Source of the DNA: Octopus sinensis
Taxonomy: Eukaryota
Direction: 5' to 3'
NCBI RefSeq assembly: GCF_006345805.1
Contig: NC_043005.1
Span: 8,804,001-8,868,000, forward strand
Length of the DNA stretch: 64,000 nt
Shown here: one piece after another, positions 23,446-36,471 of the stretch
Layout of the letters: each line of letters opens with the position of its first letter
Numbering within the stretch: position 1 is the stretch's first letter
Program-made: the position numbers and the translations under genes
Notes under the pieces: generated by a model
What the model was told of the DNA's origin: nothing
The model's database searches: none
What the model saw: the letters and a program-made list of their open reading frames with translations, nothing else

Positions 23446-24720
23446 TATATATATATTATATATATATATATATATAATATATATATATAAATGGTTAATG
23501 ATAAGTAACGCATTTATTGTTCTTAAGTTTATTAATATAAGTGTATAAATGGCATTCGATATTTTCAAAGGAAATGAAACTAAACACATATCTAGTGCAT
23601 AATTATCTAATATGTTCTTTTCCTCTAGTTGTTCTTTTTCTCTTTACATAAAGAAAATATTTCGTTTTGTGTAAGATATATATATTTATATATATATATA
23701 TATATAACTACAAGCATGACGTTTATGATATTGTTTACATCAGGAATTTTGAGGTTTTCAGGCTGTAAAGGTCTCTCTTTGGGTGTTCAGAATCACACCA
23801 GCGAGTCCTGACACAAGGCCCCTATATACGAATGACATGCAATTAGCTGGCACTTGTTAAACATAAAGTCCTTTAGCAATTAAATGAAGTAAAATTAGGA
23901 TCTATTTACTGTGTATGTATTCATGTTGCATGTTGTAAAAGCATTGCTACTCTCATCCTGTGGATTTCAAGTCATTATTATTCTGTACATTTATGCATGC
24001 ACACGCACGTACGCTCACAAGCATACAGCAAATACACACATATGCACACACAAACATATACATATGTGGTTCATTTTGATATTAAGCATTCCGTCCAGCT
24101 TAATGCAGGATCAGAAATTAAAAACTGAATTGAGGAATACAAGAAAAAAGATGCCTAGAATTCGCATAATTAAATTTTCTATTCACTACGAGTTTCTTAG
24201 AATTTCTAGCTGTTACCAATTATGTATAGAACTTGTTCATTTTTTTTTCTGTTTTTAGAAACCTTCAGCATGATACAAACCGTAACTTATGAATGAAATA
24301 TATTAAGAAGTGACAAATTTCGTTAAAATTAATTATGAAATTAACTAAAACCTACAGGAAATTCATGGAATGTTGTTTTACCTTTATAGACAAGTGGTAG
24401 TTTCAAAATCGAGCAAGAAAACGCTTTAAGTGTTTGCATACAGAAGAATAACGATTTCCAAAGGAATTCAAAAATGATTTTAATTATCTCATTTAAAGCC
24501 GTTTATTTTTAATATTCATTGATCTGCAAGCAATGATTTCAGCGTAATATTTCTTATAGATTATCCATTTTTAAAAACAAGCACTTTGAAAATCATAGGA
24601 CTTTGAAAGGAGATTCTCATGGATTCACAATTAGAATTACTCAAGTAAAAGTGGGTCCTTCTAGCAATGGCTATTAAGGGAGGGATGACACCCATCTTGC
24701 AGTGGGATGTAGGATTAGAA

Positions 24721-24760
<40 letters not shown>

Positions 24761-26639
24761 ATGTATGTAAGATATCAGGATTCAAATGAATCAGGTACTT
24801 GAATAGCAAAGCACCTATTTCTTGTCAAAGAAGGACAATCGTGTACAAAGCAAAATTCGAGGAACATATACATACATACATAAATTAATTGCTGTTACTC
24901 TAGCTGAAATTACATTTATTTAGTTTTGAATGTCAACTGAAGTTAGTTTGCGTTAAAAGTAAAACTTGAATTCTTAGCATACGGTATTTATTTCTGCCAC
25001 GTCTTTTCTTTATCTTCTCTTCTCTTATCTTGCATGTTTTTTTTTAATGTTCTTGTTTTTCTAGCTGAGTATAGACGGATTAATATTCCAGTTGCATATA
25101 TGATCGCAAAAACCCGACGGAATATAACGAGGGTCTTAATGTTGTACCTCAGTACACACCGTACTCATTGTACCGGGCGTAACGAACTCCAGATCCACGC
25201 TAATTGCAAGTTCCGAGTAATGCGAATAATAAATAAGTGACAACAGATGGAAATTGGTTCATTCACTACAGCTGTTTCAAACGAATTTTTTTTATTGAGG
25301 AAAAGTGTTATTAGATCATGCGAAAAAATCCCGTTTTCTTAATGAGAATAAACACGAATTAAACATCTTAAAAAACATTCCAAGCATCAACATTAGGTGC
25401 CACTTCATGATTCTTGGCTAGCTTCAGCCAAAACATTATTCGCATACCGTAGTTAGTAGGTTATACAGGAGAAAAAAACATTAGGGTGATAGGAGCGGAG
25501 TGGGATGTAGGGAAGAAGTTATAGCGGGAGTAAGAAAACAGAATGGGGGATGAGGATCAGATATTCTGAACTAACTTCAAAAGAAAGGTTATTCTATTTT
25601 CAGTCTTTAGATCACTGGAGGACAATGTTCAAGTAAAAAAAAAAAGAAAAAAACATTAAAAGATAATGTGGGGGTAAAAGTAACCTTATCTCAGTTGTTT
25701 CAACTTCCAAGATAAAGTTAATTTATTTTTTAATTCTATAATTAGCTGAGTTCCAGCCTTAAAATCATAAAAAGCATAATAAGGGATATTGAAATAATTT
25801 TTTTATATATAGTTCGAGGAAGAATATATTTGTATTGATGTAAATTTCAGTCAAAACTCTAGAATATGTCAAGTAAAGTCGAGTAATTTAAAATTAAAAC
25901 TTTCAATCAAAACTAGATTTTTAGCACCTAAATATTTACGAAGTTTGATGACAGCCACATATAGGTATCCTGGAATCTATCAAATAGAGCTTCCTTATTT
26001 AGCCGCATTGTGCTAAATAAAACCATTTTGAAATATGTTCCGGTGCAAATCTCAATAAAATTATGTTGGAAACGATATAAATTCAAAGTAGTTAGGGTCC
26101 GAACGTGAAACTATGAAATAACTACGATATTGATTTAACGTGAAGTAGCCTATGTTATAAAAACATGCCACCAAATACAAAAGAATTTACTGGTGTATTT
26201 TGTAAAGTTAGTTCTTTTTTTGATGAATGGGTTTTATTCGATTGATGAATTAATTATTAAATACAGTCTGCTTATGTTTCGAAGAAGTGAATGTTATATG
26301 AAAAATTAATAGGTCATATTGTAAAGAAAACGATTATCAAGACAGGACGAATGATTATATTGTCGTCAGTTTAAAATGGGCAGCTGAAAAGTGGAGAAAA
26401 ACTTTCAGAGAAATAAGTAGATATATAAAGATTGTTAAAGAGAGTAACACATAGGGAGGAAAGAAGAGCAACTATATGTAAAAGTTCTATGTAATTCTTT
26501 TAAAGATATTCATAAGAGTAGAATGAAGAAAAACCATTCTGCACAAACGATTGTACAGTTTGGCTTCTTGGTCAAAATAAGAGAAACAAAAATGTAAGAT
26601 TAATAACTGATAAAGTATTTGAAAGGAAACAATATAGTT

Positions 26640-27200
26640 CAGGAATTTCTGTCGATAGATTCTTTCAATATTTAAAAAATTTCTTTGTATTTTATGTTTT
26701 TTTTTCTTTCATTTGTAAAGTCTTCTTTTTGTCTCTTCTTATACTAAGAACACAACAACTGATGAAAATTTATCTCATTTTTATTATTTCATAAACACAA
26801 TTTGTATTCTTTTTTCTCGTTAAATTTTGCTCTTCGACGCCTGATTCTTTCTATAATTTCATATGTGTCTTATTTTCTTAATACAATCACTATATTTCCT
26901 TATCTCTTTCATACCCTTTACTTCCAACCACTCTCAAATCCTTCCTGCTCTCTTTCATTTAGTTAATATATTTAGTTTCATTGTATTGTAGACTTTATAT
27001 ATCTCTTTTCTATTGCACCTTCTTTCTCTACCCCTTCATCTCTTGCCAACAAAATGCCATTTTCTCATTTCTTAACGTGTTTCTTTCGCTTTCATCTCTG
27101 TTTCAATACGCAAAATTTCTCTCCTTTGCACTCATTTATCTGACGCAGAATGTATCAATAGCTCTTTAGTTGTTCTTTGACCACTTCTCCGTCAATATTC
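26640..27200 (-). mobile_element. Possible highly decayed Penelope-like (GIY-YIG) coding relic
   Basis: Minus strand is purine-rich and gives KNTNCVYEI..CC..Y..(E)TKRRL..K.H across frameshifts, resembling VY.I.C..C...YIGET.R.L..R..EH; alignment by eye only. Confidence 0.35.
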
Positions 27201-27210
27201 AGTACAGAGT

Positions 27211-27822
27211 AAGGCGCCGAGCTGGCAGAAACGTTAGCACGCCGGGCGAAATGCTTAGCGGTATTTCGTCTGCCGTTACGTTCTGAGTTCAAATTCCGCC
27301 TAGGTCCACTTTGCCTTTTATCCTTTCAGAGGTCGATAAATGAAGTACCAGTTACGCGCTGGGGTCGATGTAATCGACTTAATCCGCTTGTCTGTCCTTG
27401 TTTGTCCCCTCTGTGTTTAGCTTCTTGTGGGTAGTAAAGAAATAGGTATTTCGTCAGCCTTTACGTTCTGAGTTCAAATTCCGCCTAGGTCGAGTTGCCG
27501 TTTATCCTTTCGGGGGTCGATAAATGAAGTACCAGTTACGCACTGGGGTCGATGTAATCGACTTAACCCCTTTGTCTGTCCTTATTTGTCCTCTCTAGGT
27601 TTAGCCCCTTGCGGGCAATAAAGAAATAAGAAACTTTAGTACGCCGGGCGAAATGTTTAACGGTATTTCGTCAGCCTTTACGTTCTGAGTTCAAATACCG
27701 CCTAAGTTGACTTTGCCTTTCATCCTTTCGGGAACGATAAATTAAGCACCAGTTGCGTACTGGGGTCGATGTAATCGACTGGTCCCCTCCCCCAAAATTT
27801 CGAGCCTTGTCCCTGAATCTTT
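27211..27822 (+). mobile_element. SINE family B, trimeric, with 9-bp TSD
   Basis: Head AAGGCGCCGAGCTGGCAGAAACGTTAGC, then three ~185-bp units each with GAGTTCAAAT; TSD AGTACAGAG at 27201-27209 and 27823-27831. Confidence 0.88.
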
Positions 27823-28913
27823 AGTACAGAGCATTTCCCCCTTTATATCTATATTATTCTTTGTACACTGTTTCCCATACTAGCGAATTTTTTCCTCTCA
27901 TCCGTATTGCTTCATTTTCTTTTGCTGGAGAAAAGAGTAAAATCTAGGCATAAGCAATGGATTAGAAGAAAATCAAAAAAGTCAGGACATTTTAAATATT
28001 TCTCTTGATATAATAATAATCTTTTCTACTACAGACACAAGACCTAACAATTCGGACTTGCAACTCATCTATTATATTGATCCTAGTACTTGACTAGTGT
28101 TTATTATATGGACCAAGTTAGGATGAAAAGCAAAGTCGACGTCGGTGACATTAGAACTGAAAACGTAAAGAGCCGGTAGAAATACTAAGCATTCTGTCGG
28201 GCACCCGGATGAATCTGTCAGCTCGTGGTCATATTCTCTCCTGATATATCATTAGAGATACTTGCAACCATAAACTTTGTTTATTGAAATATTTGCGATG
28301 AAATACTTATTAAATCTAAGATTTATGACTAAGAGAACGGAATGTATGTCAAGCAATAAATAAAGGAATTATTCCAGTATATGAAAGCATTCAGTAAATG
28401 GCTTGTTTAAATTAATATATTCATGTCCACATTCATACGTCAATGATATAAGTTAAAAATTCATTTCTTTTCCACTCCGCTCTTATCTCTAGAGAGATGT
28501 CGATGCATGCATAAGCATACTGAAACATAAGTTTGTCATTTTACTAAATGTATTTAAATTATCCCCTACTGATGGTGATGTTGGTGTGAGCCATTGCTCT
28601 TTGGGTACTACTTCATCACTAAATGGATTAAATATGATACTTAACTATTTTGCATAGTTCTAGTAACATCATGCAAACTACCGCTAACAAGTTGTCCAGT
28701 CTCTAGTCTAATCTGTCTGCCATGAGTATTTCCTGGCTTACAATACCCTGCGAAACTATTGCAGTATAAAATAGTATACGGCATACAGGGATGCAAAATA
28801 CAAGAGATTTCAAGTGGATTTGAAATAAAAATTACTCTGTAAAGAATTTAAAGTAATTGCTTAACGTTAGCACTATGTTAAAATCTTGACGTTTAGGAGT
28901 GTAGTCAGCTCAA

Positions 28914-29980
28914 ACGAGGGTCCACTGACAAGTTCAGATGCTGCCCAAATTATTCTCATGAAATTTGGCCAGATGAAGTTTATTTTTCAACATAGTCCTC
29001 TTTGCGGTCCACATATATCTTACATCGGTGTTACAGCATTTGGATCCCTTTGAGAAGAAACTTTCATCCTGTTGGTCACAAATATGACTCATCATCACTG
29101 TAATGCTGGCTCTCAGCTATGTGATATTCATATTGGAAACAAATGATAGTCACCAGGGGTCAACTCGGGAGAACCGAGAAAGCCGGTTAAACTCAGGCGT
29201 TTAGTGAAAACTTGTTCAAAGCCACAATCACTCACAACAGCCAATGAAAGCACGGACGTGCGTGCCGAAACGTTGTCTTCATGAAACAAGAACTCAGTTT
29301 GTCAGGCTTCTTGGGTGATTGGTTTCATAGCTTTTCGTAACTACCTCAGCAGGTTGGCGAAATACTATTCATTAATTGTATGCCATCCCAAAGAAACTCA
29401 GGCCACCAGCTTGCCCGCAGACGAAAAGAGCATAGCCATATTCGGAGCAAGTGAGGAGGGGTGTTTCGCTGCATGGATTGTCGCGTTGTCTTTGGAATCT
29501 GGATCAAAGTGATGAGGATAACTCATGAGGATACGTTCAAGGATGAAGAAACCTTGAAGGGTGAAGAAAATTTCTAGAGTTAGGGAACGTTCAAGGTTGA
29601 GGAAACGCTCTACGACACCAGTTGGTTCTGCCTCAAACATTGTTAGGCTTTTCGTTGATGTGGTCAGCCCGGTGCGCCTTGGATCAGAAAACGTGGCAGC
29701 CGTCGAGCACAATCCTCCATCTCTTTCTTCTTTTCGAAATTCAACTGCCCATTTTTACGATGCTGATAAAACTGGAGCATCACTTTCTAATATAGCAAGC
29801 ATGTCAGCAAAAATTTTACTAGGAGGTATTACCCTTTTTCTACATGAAGCCAAAATTGTCCATTTTCAGAAGACGACGCTACCAGCTACTTTCGAAGTTT
29901 TCTGAGGACAGCCATCAAATGGTTATGAAATATAGCATAATATTCTTCTAGCCATCGTTGATCGTCTGTTTTCCACTGTA
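28914..29980 (-). mobile_element. Decayed mariner (D,D34D-type) DNA transposon
   Basis: Minus strand reads KIFADML..DAP..KWAVEF, RRTGLTTS..LTMFEAEP..ERFL, KHPSS..SSAGK..FLG, LFHEDN, SPELTPGDYHLFP, RKEDYVEK*; terminal ACGAGGG TIR-like end at 28914; many stops and an internal deletion. Confidence 0.85.
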
Positions 29981-30009
29981 ACTTGGATATCGTTCATGGT
30001 AGTATTTAC

Positions 30010-30516
30010 TTTACGATGAGTTAGGCTTAACGATAACAACAGTCGTCTCACACTGTGCTCAACGAATCTCTACATCAGACTTCGATTGGAAAATGCTCCG
30101 ATTTCCTGTCTGCGTCTTTACATTCTTCCAGGATGTTTACATAACAGTCATCCTTTCGAGCCCGAGCGGCGTCGGTGTTATCTTCCTGAGGAGCCTTTAA
30201 CTCGACTACATTGATCAATTTCTTTATTTTACACCACATTATAATATCCGTTGTGTTTTTCGTATCTGGGAAAGGAAAGAATCCATGTCATCCCGATCAA
30301 TCTACGGCCACCTCCCAATAGCCGTTCCACTTTTCATCGCTCACAGGAAATTTCTTCTTGAAACGGATCTGCTAACCTGAGTGCACGAAGATAATGAAAT
30401 GTCTGGCTAGTTCTTTTAATGGTTCTTTTCCGCTGTTGATGAGAGCAATTTGGTTCTTTATAGCATTGAAGATAATCTTGATAGAACATATAATGACCAT
30501 TAGTTAGACCTTGTCC
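30010..30516 (-). mobile_element. Decayed HERO/NeSL-type RLE non-LTR retrotransposon C-terminal relic
   Basis: Minus strand reads WEVAVD*...FPDTKNTTDIIMWCKIKKLINVVELKAPQEDNTDAARARKD.CY.NILEEC..AD..EHFPIEV*CR, matching the PD..W...ELTVP.E...A..RK..KY..L..EC..GW..PIEVGCRG pattern. Confidence 0.65.
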
Positions 30517-30585
30517 ATGATAGATCGTTAGCCCCTACACGCATCTTTTTCTCTCTTTGTTTCTATCCTTGTTTTTTTCTGTGTA

Positions 30586-30623
30586 TCTTTCTGCCGAAGA
30601 GCGTAGGCTCGAAACGTAAAAGA
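30586..30623 (+). ncRNA. Variant minimal hammerhead-like motif in a short interspersed repeat
   Basis: TCTTT-CTGCCGA-A-GAGC gtag GCTC-GAAAC-GT-A-AAAGA; position 6 is C instead of A; the downstream part of the repeat recurs at ~35152-35240. Confidence 0.4.
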
Positions 30624-30719
30624 CTTTTTCTATTTCTATTCCTGAGCGATATACTAATACATTTGTTTGTTTGTACTTCACCTGCCTTCGTCTTTTGTTT
30701 ATTTTCGAAACTTTCCCGT

Positions 30720-30767
<48 letters not shown>

Positions 30768-31039
30768 TATATATATATATATCTTACCTTCGGAACGCGG
30801 AGTAGATGAAACAGGGACAACTGATGAAGGGGAATATTCTTACGTTGTATGTTTCAGTTCTCTGTTTTTTTCGTTGTTCGAAAAAAGTTCGTTTTCTATG
30901 TTTTTGTTTTTATGTTTGTGTTTCTCATTGTTTCCCCGTTTTTATGTCCTGTACCCATATATGCATGTGTATATATATATATATGTCGGTATGTACATAT
31001 ATGTATGTATATATGCATATATTTATATATGTATATACG

Positions 31040-31568
31040 GTGGCTGCCCCCTTGTTATCGAGTATGGCCATTGCACGAAGCTTAATCAATGTTGTTATCA
31101 TGCAATGCCTGTGCAAGAAGATTTTTTTTAAGTGAGGAAAGGCTGTGCACTGAGTCAATCCCACTCACTAAGCAACACCAGCCATAATCCGAAAAGAAGA
31201 ACAAGTCAACATCATCGGTAACCACTGAGCCGCAGGTGTTATGTCGGAGTTTTCCCAGTTTCCAGAGTTACCTTCTCTTAGAAGGATGCCCTAACAAAGG
31301 CTAGGAGTCCTTCACTCCCAATAGTTTAACCACGCGATCGGGTATTCAGTCCGATTATTTCTATGTCCCCGTGCATGATACAGCCTTAAGACATTTATTG
31401 GATGGCCGTTGACTCTCAAGAGTTCCTCCGCCCTTCGACGGGTTTTGTTTTCCATCCCGCAGGCAGTCCAGTAAACACCCTCCTCACCAAGCAAGCTTGG
31501 TGTCGGTTTAGTCGCCGACGACCCAACCATGCAACAGGTTGTACTGGGTTACATGTTACCAGTAGCAC
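31040..31568. mobile_element. Unassigned GC-richer repeat relic, possibly an RTE-type LINE untranslated region
   Basis: Sharp GC increase between microsatellites; CCTTCTCTTAGAAGGATGCCCTAACAAAGGCTAGGAG recalls RTE-associated sequence; no ORF support. Confidence 0.25.
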
Positions 31569-32948
31569 TCGAATGTGACCTGACATATATACATACATAC
31601 ATGCACACACACACAAACAAGCACACACACACATATGCATATGTGCGTGCGTGTGTGTGTGGCGGGGGTGTTATTCTTGTTCGGCTGTCCGTCGTAGTTT
31701 GACTTTGACTGTTCTTGTTCAGTAATCATCTCTGGTAGGCTCGAACATGGGCTACAAGACCGGCGCTTGATCTGCAGCAGTGATGAGATCTGCTACAGGT
31801 GAAGCTACTTGACGCAATAGACAAGTGACACCTCTGATTTGCTCTTTCGTATTCTCTCTGTTGCTTCTTCTCAATAGTCGGAATTACAAACTTCAGGGAT
31901 CGGTGCCTTTGATTGTGCCACAGGGCTGGACCAAATATTTAAAAGTTCGTTTTGCAAACAGGCTCCGATTTCGATGTTAATGCGTGGAATTTTAAACAAA
32001 TGTCTGCTTCCTTAACCGCGAGTTGACTTAATATTGTGAATGAAATTGTGAAGAGATGACTATGCGGAATCTATCGCCTTGACAAATAATAATTTTAGCT
32101 TACAGAAAAGTTGAATATTTATTGCCATTTCTAATATTTATAAAATGCCATAAATTTTAGCACGTCAGAACATTTCCTAAAACGAACAACGAAATCTCAC
32201 TGAAACGTTAACGCAGGTGTTTTGCAAAGCTGATGGCACCGCCTTCCTCCGTTAATATAATAATACAGTAATATTCATAAACAAATAAAAAGATTTCACA
32301 AATACCATTTAAGTACGGGCAGGTTTATATTTAACGATTTGTGCCAATAACGTTTTAATCATATGAAATTATACCTTCAATGATAAAAAATACTTATTAT
32401 CACACGCAAGCGAGAGAACTCCGTAAGTTTAATTCATCAAAATTAAATGGACAAAGGCAGTGAGTCTTATCCCTGATATATAAAATTAAAGTTCTGGACA
32501 TGCTTTGGTTTTCTTCAAGCGCAACAGTTATGCCTCCATTCGTAAATACCAGGACTTAGAAATGGATTGGAATGGATATAATTTTTGAGTAAAAACTATT
32601 GTTATTCAGTAATTTAAAATAATAACATGGGAGAAATTACAAGGTATATCTTCGACGTGAACATTTCTTACTATTTAGGGGCTATATGTATATTAAAGAG
32701 AACAATAAAAATGGTTTAATCAACTGGAATAAGATTGAAAAGTCAACGTTAAAACACTAACCAAGATATATACAAATATGACTGGTTGCTTTTAAAATAT
32801 GGGTTGGCTTCCCCAATACCTATGTGAAAAATAAAAGCTAACGCGGGATCTCTGTTACTACTCCATCACTAGACATTTCCCCAGAATCAAAGTCGACTGC
32901 TTTGAGATGTGATACACATACGATACACATTTTGAAATATGATACACA

Positions 32949-33023
<75 letters not shown>

Positions 33024-33794
33024 ATCTGTCTATCTATTTGTGTGTATGTGTGTGCGTGCGTGTGTGTGTATGTGTGTATGTGTGTACGTGTGTGTGTGTG
33101 CATGTGTATAGATACATACACATATATGCTCACATATGTATAAACGGGAGAGTATGCTTGGAACGTTTTCAATCTTAAGTCTTTACGATCAGAGTAGACC
33201 TACGAGTAAACAACATCAATAACAGCACCAACAACAACATCAATAACACCAACAACAACACCAGCGACAACTGCACCAACACAATCGGGGATGATCGTAC
33301 AAGTAGAAAGTGCTTTGTAAGATTTCTATAGATTGTTTACGATAGATTTAAAATAATATCCCTTTTACTGCGAAATAACGAATTTCCAAATTTCCATATA
33401 AATCAAATGATAGACATGAAAGTAATAACGTTAACATAAAGCCTCCTCTTATTCGTAAAAATTATACTTATTACAAAGTAATTAAATTTGCCACAAACTG
33501 ATAAACGATCATATAGAATCCATAAAAAGAATGCAAACATATCCAACTGATTTTGCATTCATGAAGATTCTGTATAGCCTCTCTAAAATGGACGCTTGGG
33601 ATATTGAAAAAGATTCCCAAACCAGTTTTCCAAACCAGTCAAATCGCGAGCAATAAAACAACAAAAGCAGTTAATTGCATTTAGTTTAAAAAGCAATTCA
33701 ATACTGATATATTAATAGAGGCCGCTTAGAGCTTTCATCAACTTAAGAAAATGAAACACATGCAATAGTCAATTATATCGTCCAATATTGATAA

Positions 33795-34210
33795 GAGTGG
33801 CTGTGTGGTAAGTAGCTTCTTTACCAACCACATGGTTCTGGGTTCAGTCCTACTGCGTGGCATCTTGGGCAAGTGTCTTCTGTTATAGCCTCGGGTCGAC
33901 AAATGCCTTGCGAGTGAATTTGGTGGACGGAAACTGAAAGAAGCCTGTCGTATATATGTATATATATATATGTGTATGTGTATGTATATGTTTGTGTGTC
34001 TGTGTTTGTACCCCCAACATCGCTTGACAACCGATGCTGGTGTGTTTACGTCCCCGTCACTTAGCGGTTCGGCAAAAAGAGACCGATAGAATAAGTACTG
34101 GGCTTACAAAGAATAAGTCCCGGGGCCGATTTGCGCGACTAAAGGTGGTGCTCCAGCATGGCCGCAATCAAATGACTGAAACAAGTAAAAGAGTAAAAGT
34201 GTAAAGAGTA
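33795..34210 (+). mobile_element. SINE family A
   Basis: Same head, body and tail as 55-458. Confidence 0.9.
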
Positions 34211-34266
34211 TATCAATGTTTACGTTGCTCTAGATGCTGATGATGAATAACAACGTCGTAATGGTT

Positions 34267-34640
34267 ACGCCGGGCGAAATGCTTGGCGGTATTTCGTCTG
34301 CTGTTACGTTCTGAGTTCAAATTCCGCCGAGGGCGATTTACCTTTCATCAGTAAGTACCAGTTACGCATTGGGGTCGCTATAATCGGCTTAATCCGTTTG
34401 TCTGTCCTTGTTTGTCCCTTCTGCGTTTAGCCCCTTGTGAGTAGTAAAGAAATAGGTATTTCGTCTGCTACTACGTTCTGATTTCAAATTCCACCGAGGT
34501 CGAATTTGCCTTTCATCCTTTCGGGGTCGATTAAATAAGTACCAGTTACACACTGGTGTCGATGTAATCGGCTTAATCGTTTGTCTGTCCTTGTTTGACC
34601 TCTCCGTGTTTAACCCCATGTGGGTAGTAAAGAAATAGGT
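34267..34640 (+). mobile_element. SINE family B, dimeric, 5'-clipped
   Basis: Two tandem units GGTATTTCGTCTGC...GTAGTAAAGAAATA. Confidence 0.85.
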
Positions 34641-35237
34641 TTTCACCTCGCTTAGGAGTTTGAAAGATTATGTTATCCAAAGTGACCTTTTATTTCTCGA
34701 GATTTGGGGTTATAATAGGAGATCTAACTGTTATTTCTAGCAAGCTCAATAACCACTTTCAATCTTCTTTGAATGTTCCTATATGTCTTAAGAAAATCGT
34801 ATAGTACATAGCCTAATAAATCTCCGACTTGTCACGGATGCGTTATGTATCATCTTTTTAATAAAAAAAAAAAGCGGTCGTTAAATCTAGTACTTAAGGT
34901 GGTGCATGTGAGAATGTAGCACTAACCGGTTCGTAAATATAACACTTACGCTTCCCACCTATAACGTATTTCTAAAGAAAAAAACAGGAAGTCCTTCTTT
35001 TATGGGAGTAATAATTAGAGAGATCAGGAGAATTTGATGCATTAAAGGGATACAACGGGAATGCACAACCATCACCGATATAAAGCGCACATACATACAT
35101 GCATATGTATATATATATATACATATATATTATATATTATATATATATATACATTTTCTATTCCTGAGCGTTATACAAATACAGCTGTTTGTTTTGTACA
35201 CCCCCGTGTTCGTCTTTTGATTTTTTTCATAAACTCT

Positions 35238-35284
<47 letters not shown>

Positions 35285-35346
35285 TATGTATATGGTGTAT
35301 ATATATGTATATGTGTATATATGTATATCGTATATGTATGTATGTA

Positions 35347-35458
<112 letters not shown>

Positions 35459-35669
35459 ATACCGCTTTGGTTTTTAGTCGAATGAATCATCCCTAGTACT
35501 TTTTTTAAAACCTGGCACTTATTTTATCGGTCTTTGCCGAATTGCTATGTTACGGTGATTCAAACAAACCAACATCGGTTATCCTACACAGACAGTCACA
35601 CAAACACGTATGCATACAGACATACATACACACACACACACCACACACACACACACCACGCACACACAC

Positions 35670-35735
<66 letters not shown>

Positions 35736-36248
35736 TGAGAGATGTATAGAATATGAAGGGTTTAGTTCATTGGTGATCTAAACGAATAGGTACGCTGAGG
35801 GTGTGTTATAATTGATTATCCGCTACGTTCAAAGTTCACAGCTGAGGTATAGCTACGGAGCCTTATTAAGCTTCCGTGTTAGCAGGTATATATTATATTA
35901 GAGGAAAAGAACAACAAAAACCAAGGCAGGACGAGTATCTCAAGTCATTTAGAGTAATTTACTTAGGGCAAGGTGAATTTGAAATCTTGCAGCTGCTTCT
36001 GGAATATCCCAAGTGATAAGCTAACGTGTCAGTATCCTGGGTATTCCATTATAAGAGACAAGGTAAGTAAGTATGTATCAAAGTTCTAGACAGGGTAATT
36101 CACAGTTTAGAAGGAATAAGAAAAATAAAGAGTGAAAGTAGAAGAATACAGACAGGAGAGCAAAGTTCAGAGTCCATCTTTTTCCAAAGGGTAAGGAGGT
36201 TGGTCCGTACTTCCGTAAAGATATAGGCCATGAGGTATAATCCCAGCA

Positions 36249-36471
36249 AAGGCGGCGAGCTGGCAGAGAAGTTAGCACGCCGGGCGAAATGCTTAGCTGT
36301 ATTTCACCTACCGCTACGTACTGAGTTCAGATTTCGCCGAGGTCGACTTTGCCTTACATCCTTTCGGGGTCGATAAGTTAAGTACACTGGGGTCGATGTA
36401 ATCGACTTAATACCTATGCCTGTCCTTGTTTGTCCCCTCTATGTTTAGCTCCTTGTGGGTAATAAAGAAAT
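36249..36471 (+). mobile_element. SINE family B, monomer with 14-bp TSD
   Basis: TSD AGGTATAATCCCAG at 36233-36246 and 36472-36485. Confidence 0.9.

Noticed and set aside
24850-24867. 18-bp exact match GCAAAATTCGAGGAACAT also at 58110-58127
   Set aside because: Flanks do not align; probably a relic of a dispersed repeat or chance
27260-27780. Regularly spaced ~185-bp repeats considered as a CRISPR-like or satellite array
   Set aside because: Whole units are repeated with no unique spacers, and they are bounded by a SINE head and TSD
30821-30850. CTGATGA motifs here and at ~36879, ~51869 and 58081
   Set aside because: No properly positioned stem II plus GAAA/UH, so not hammerheads
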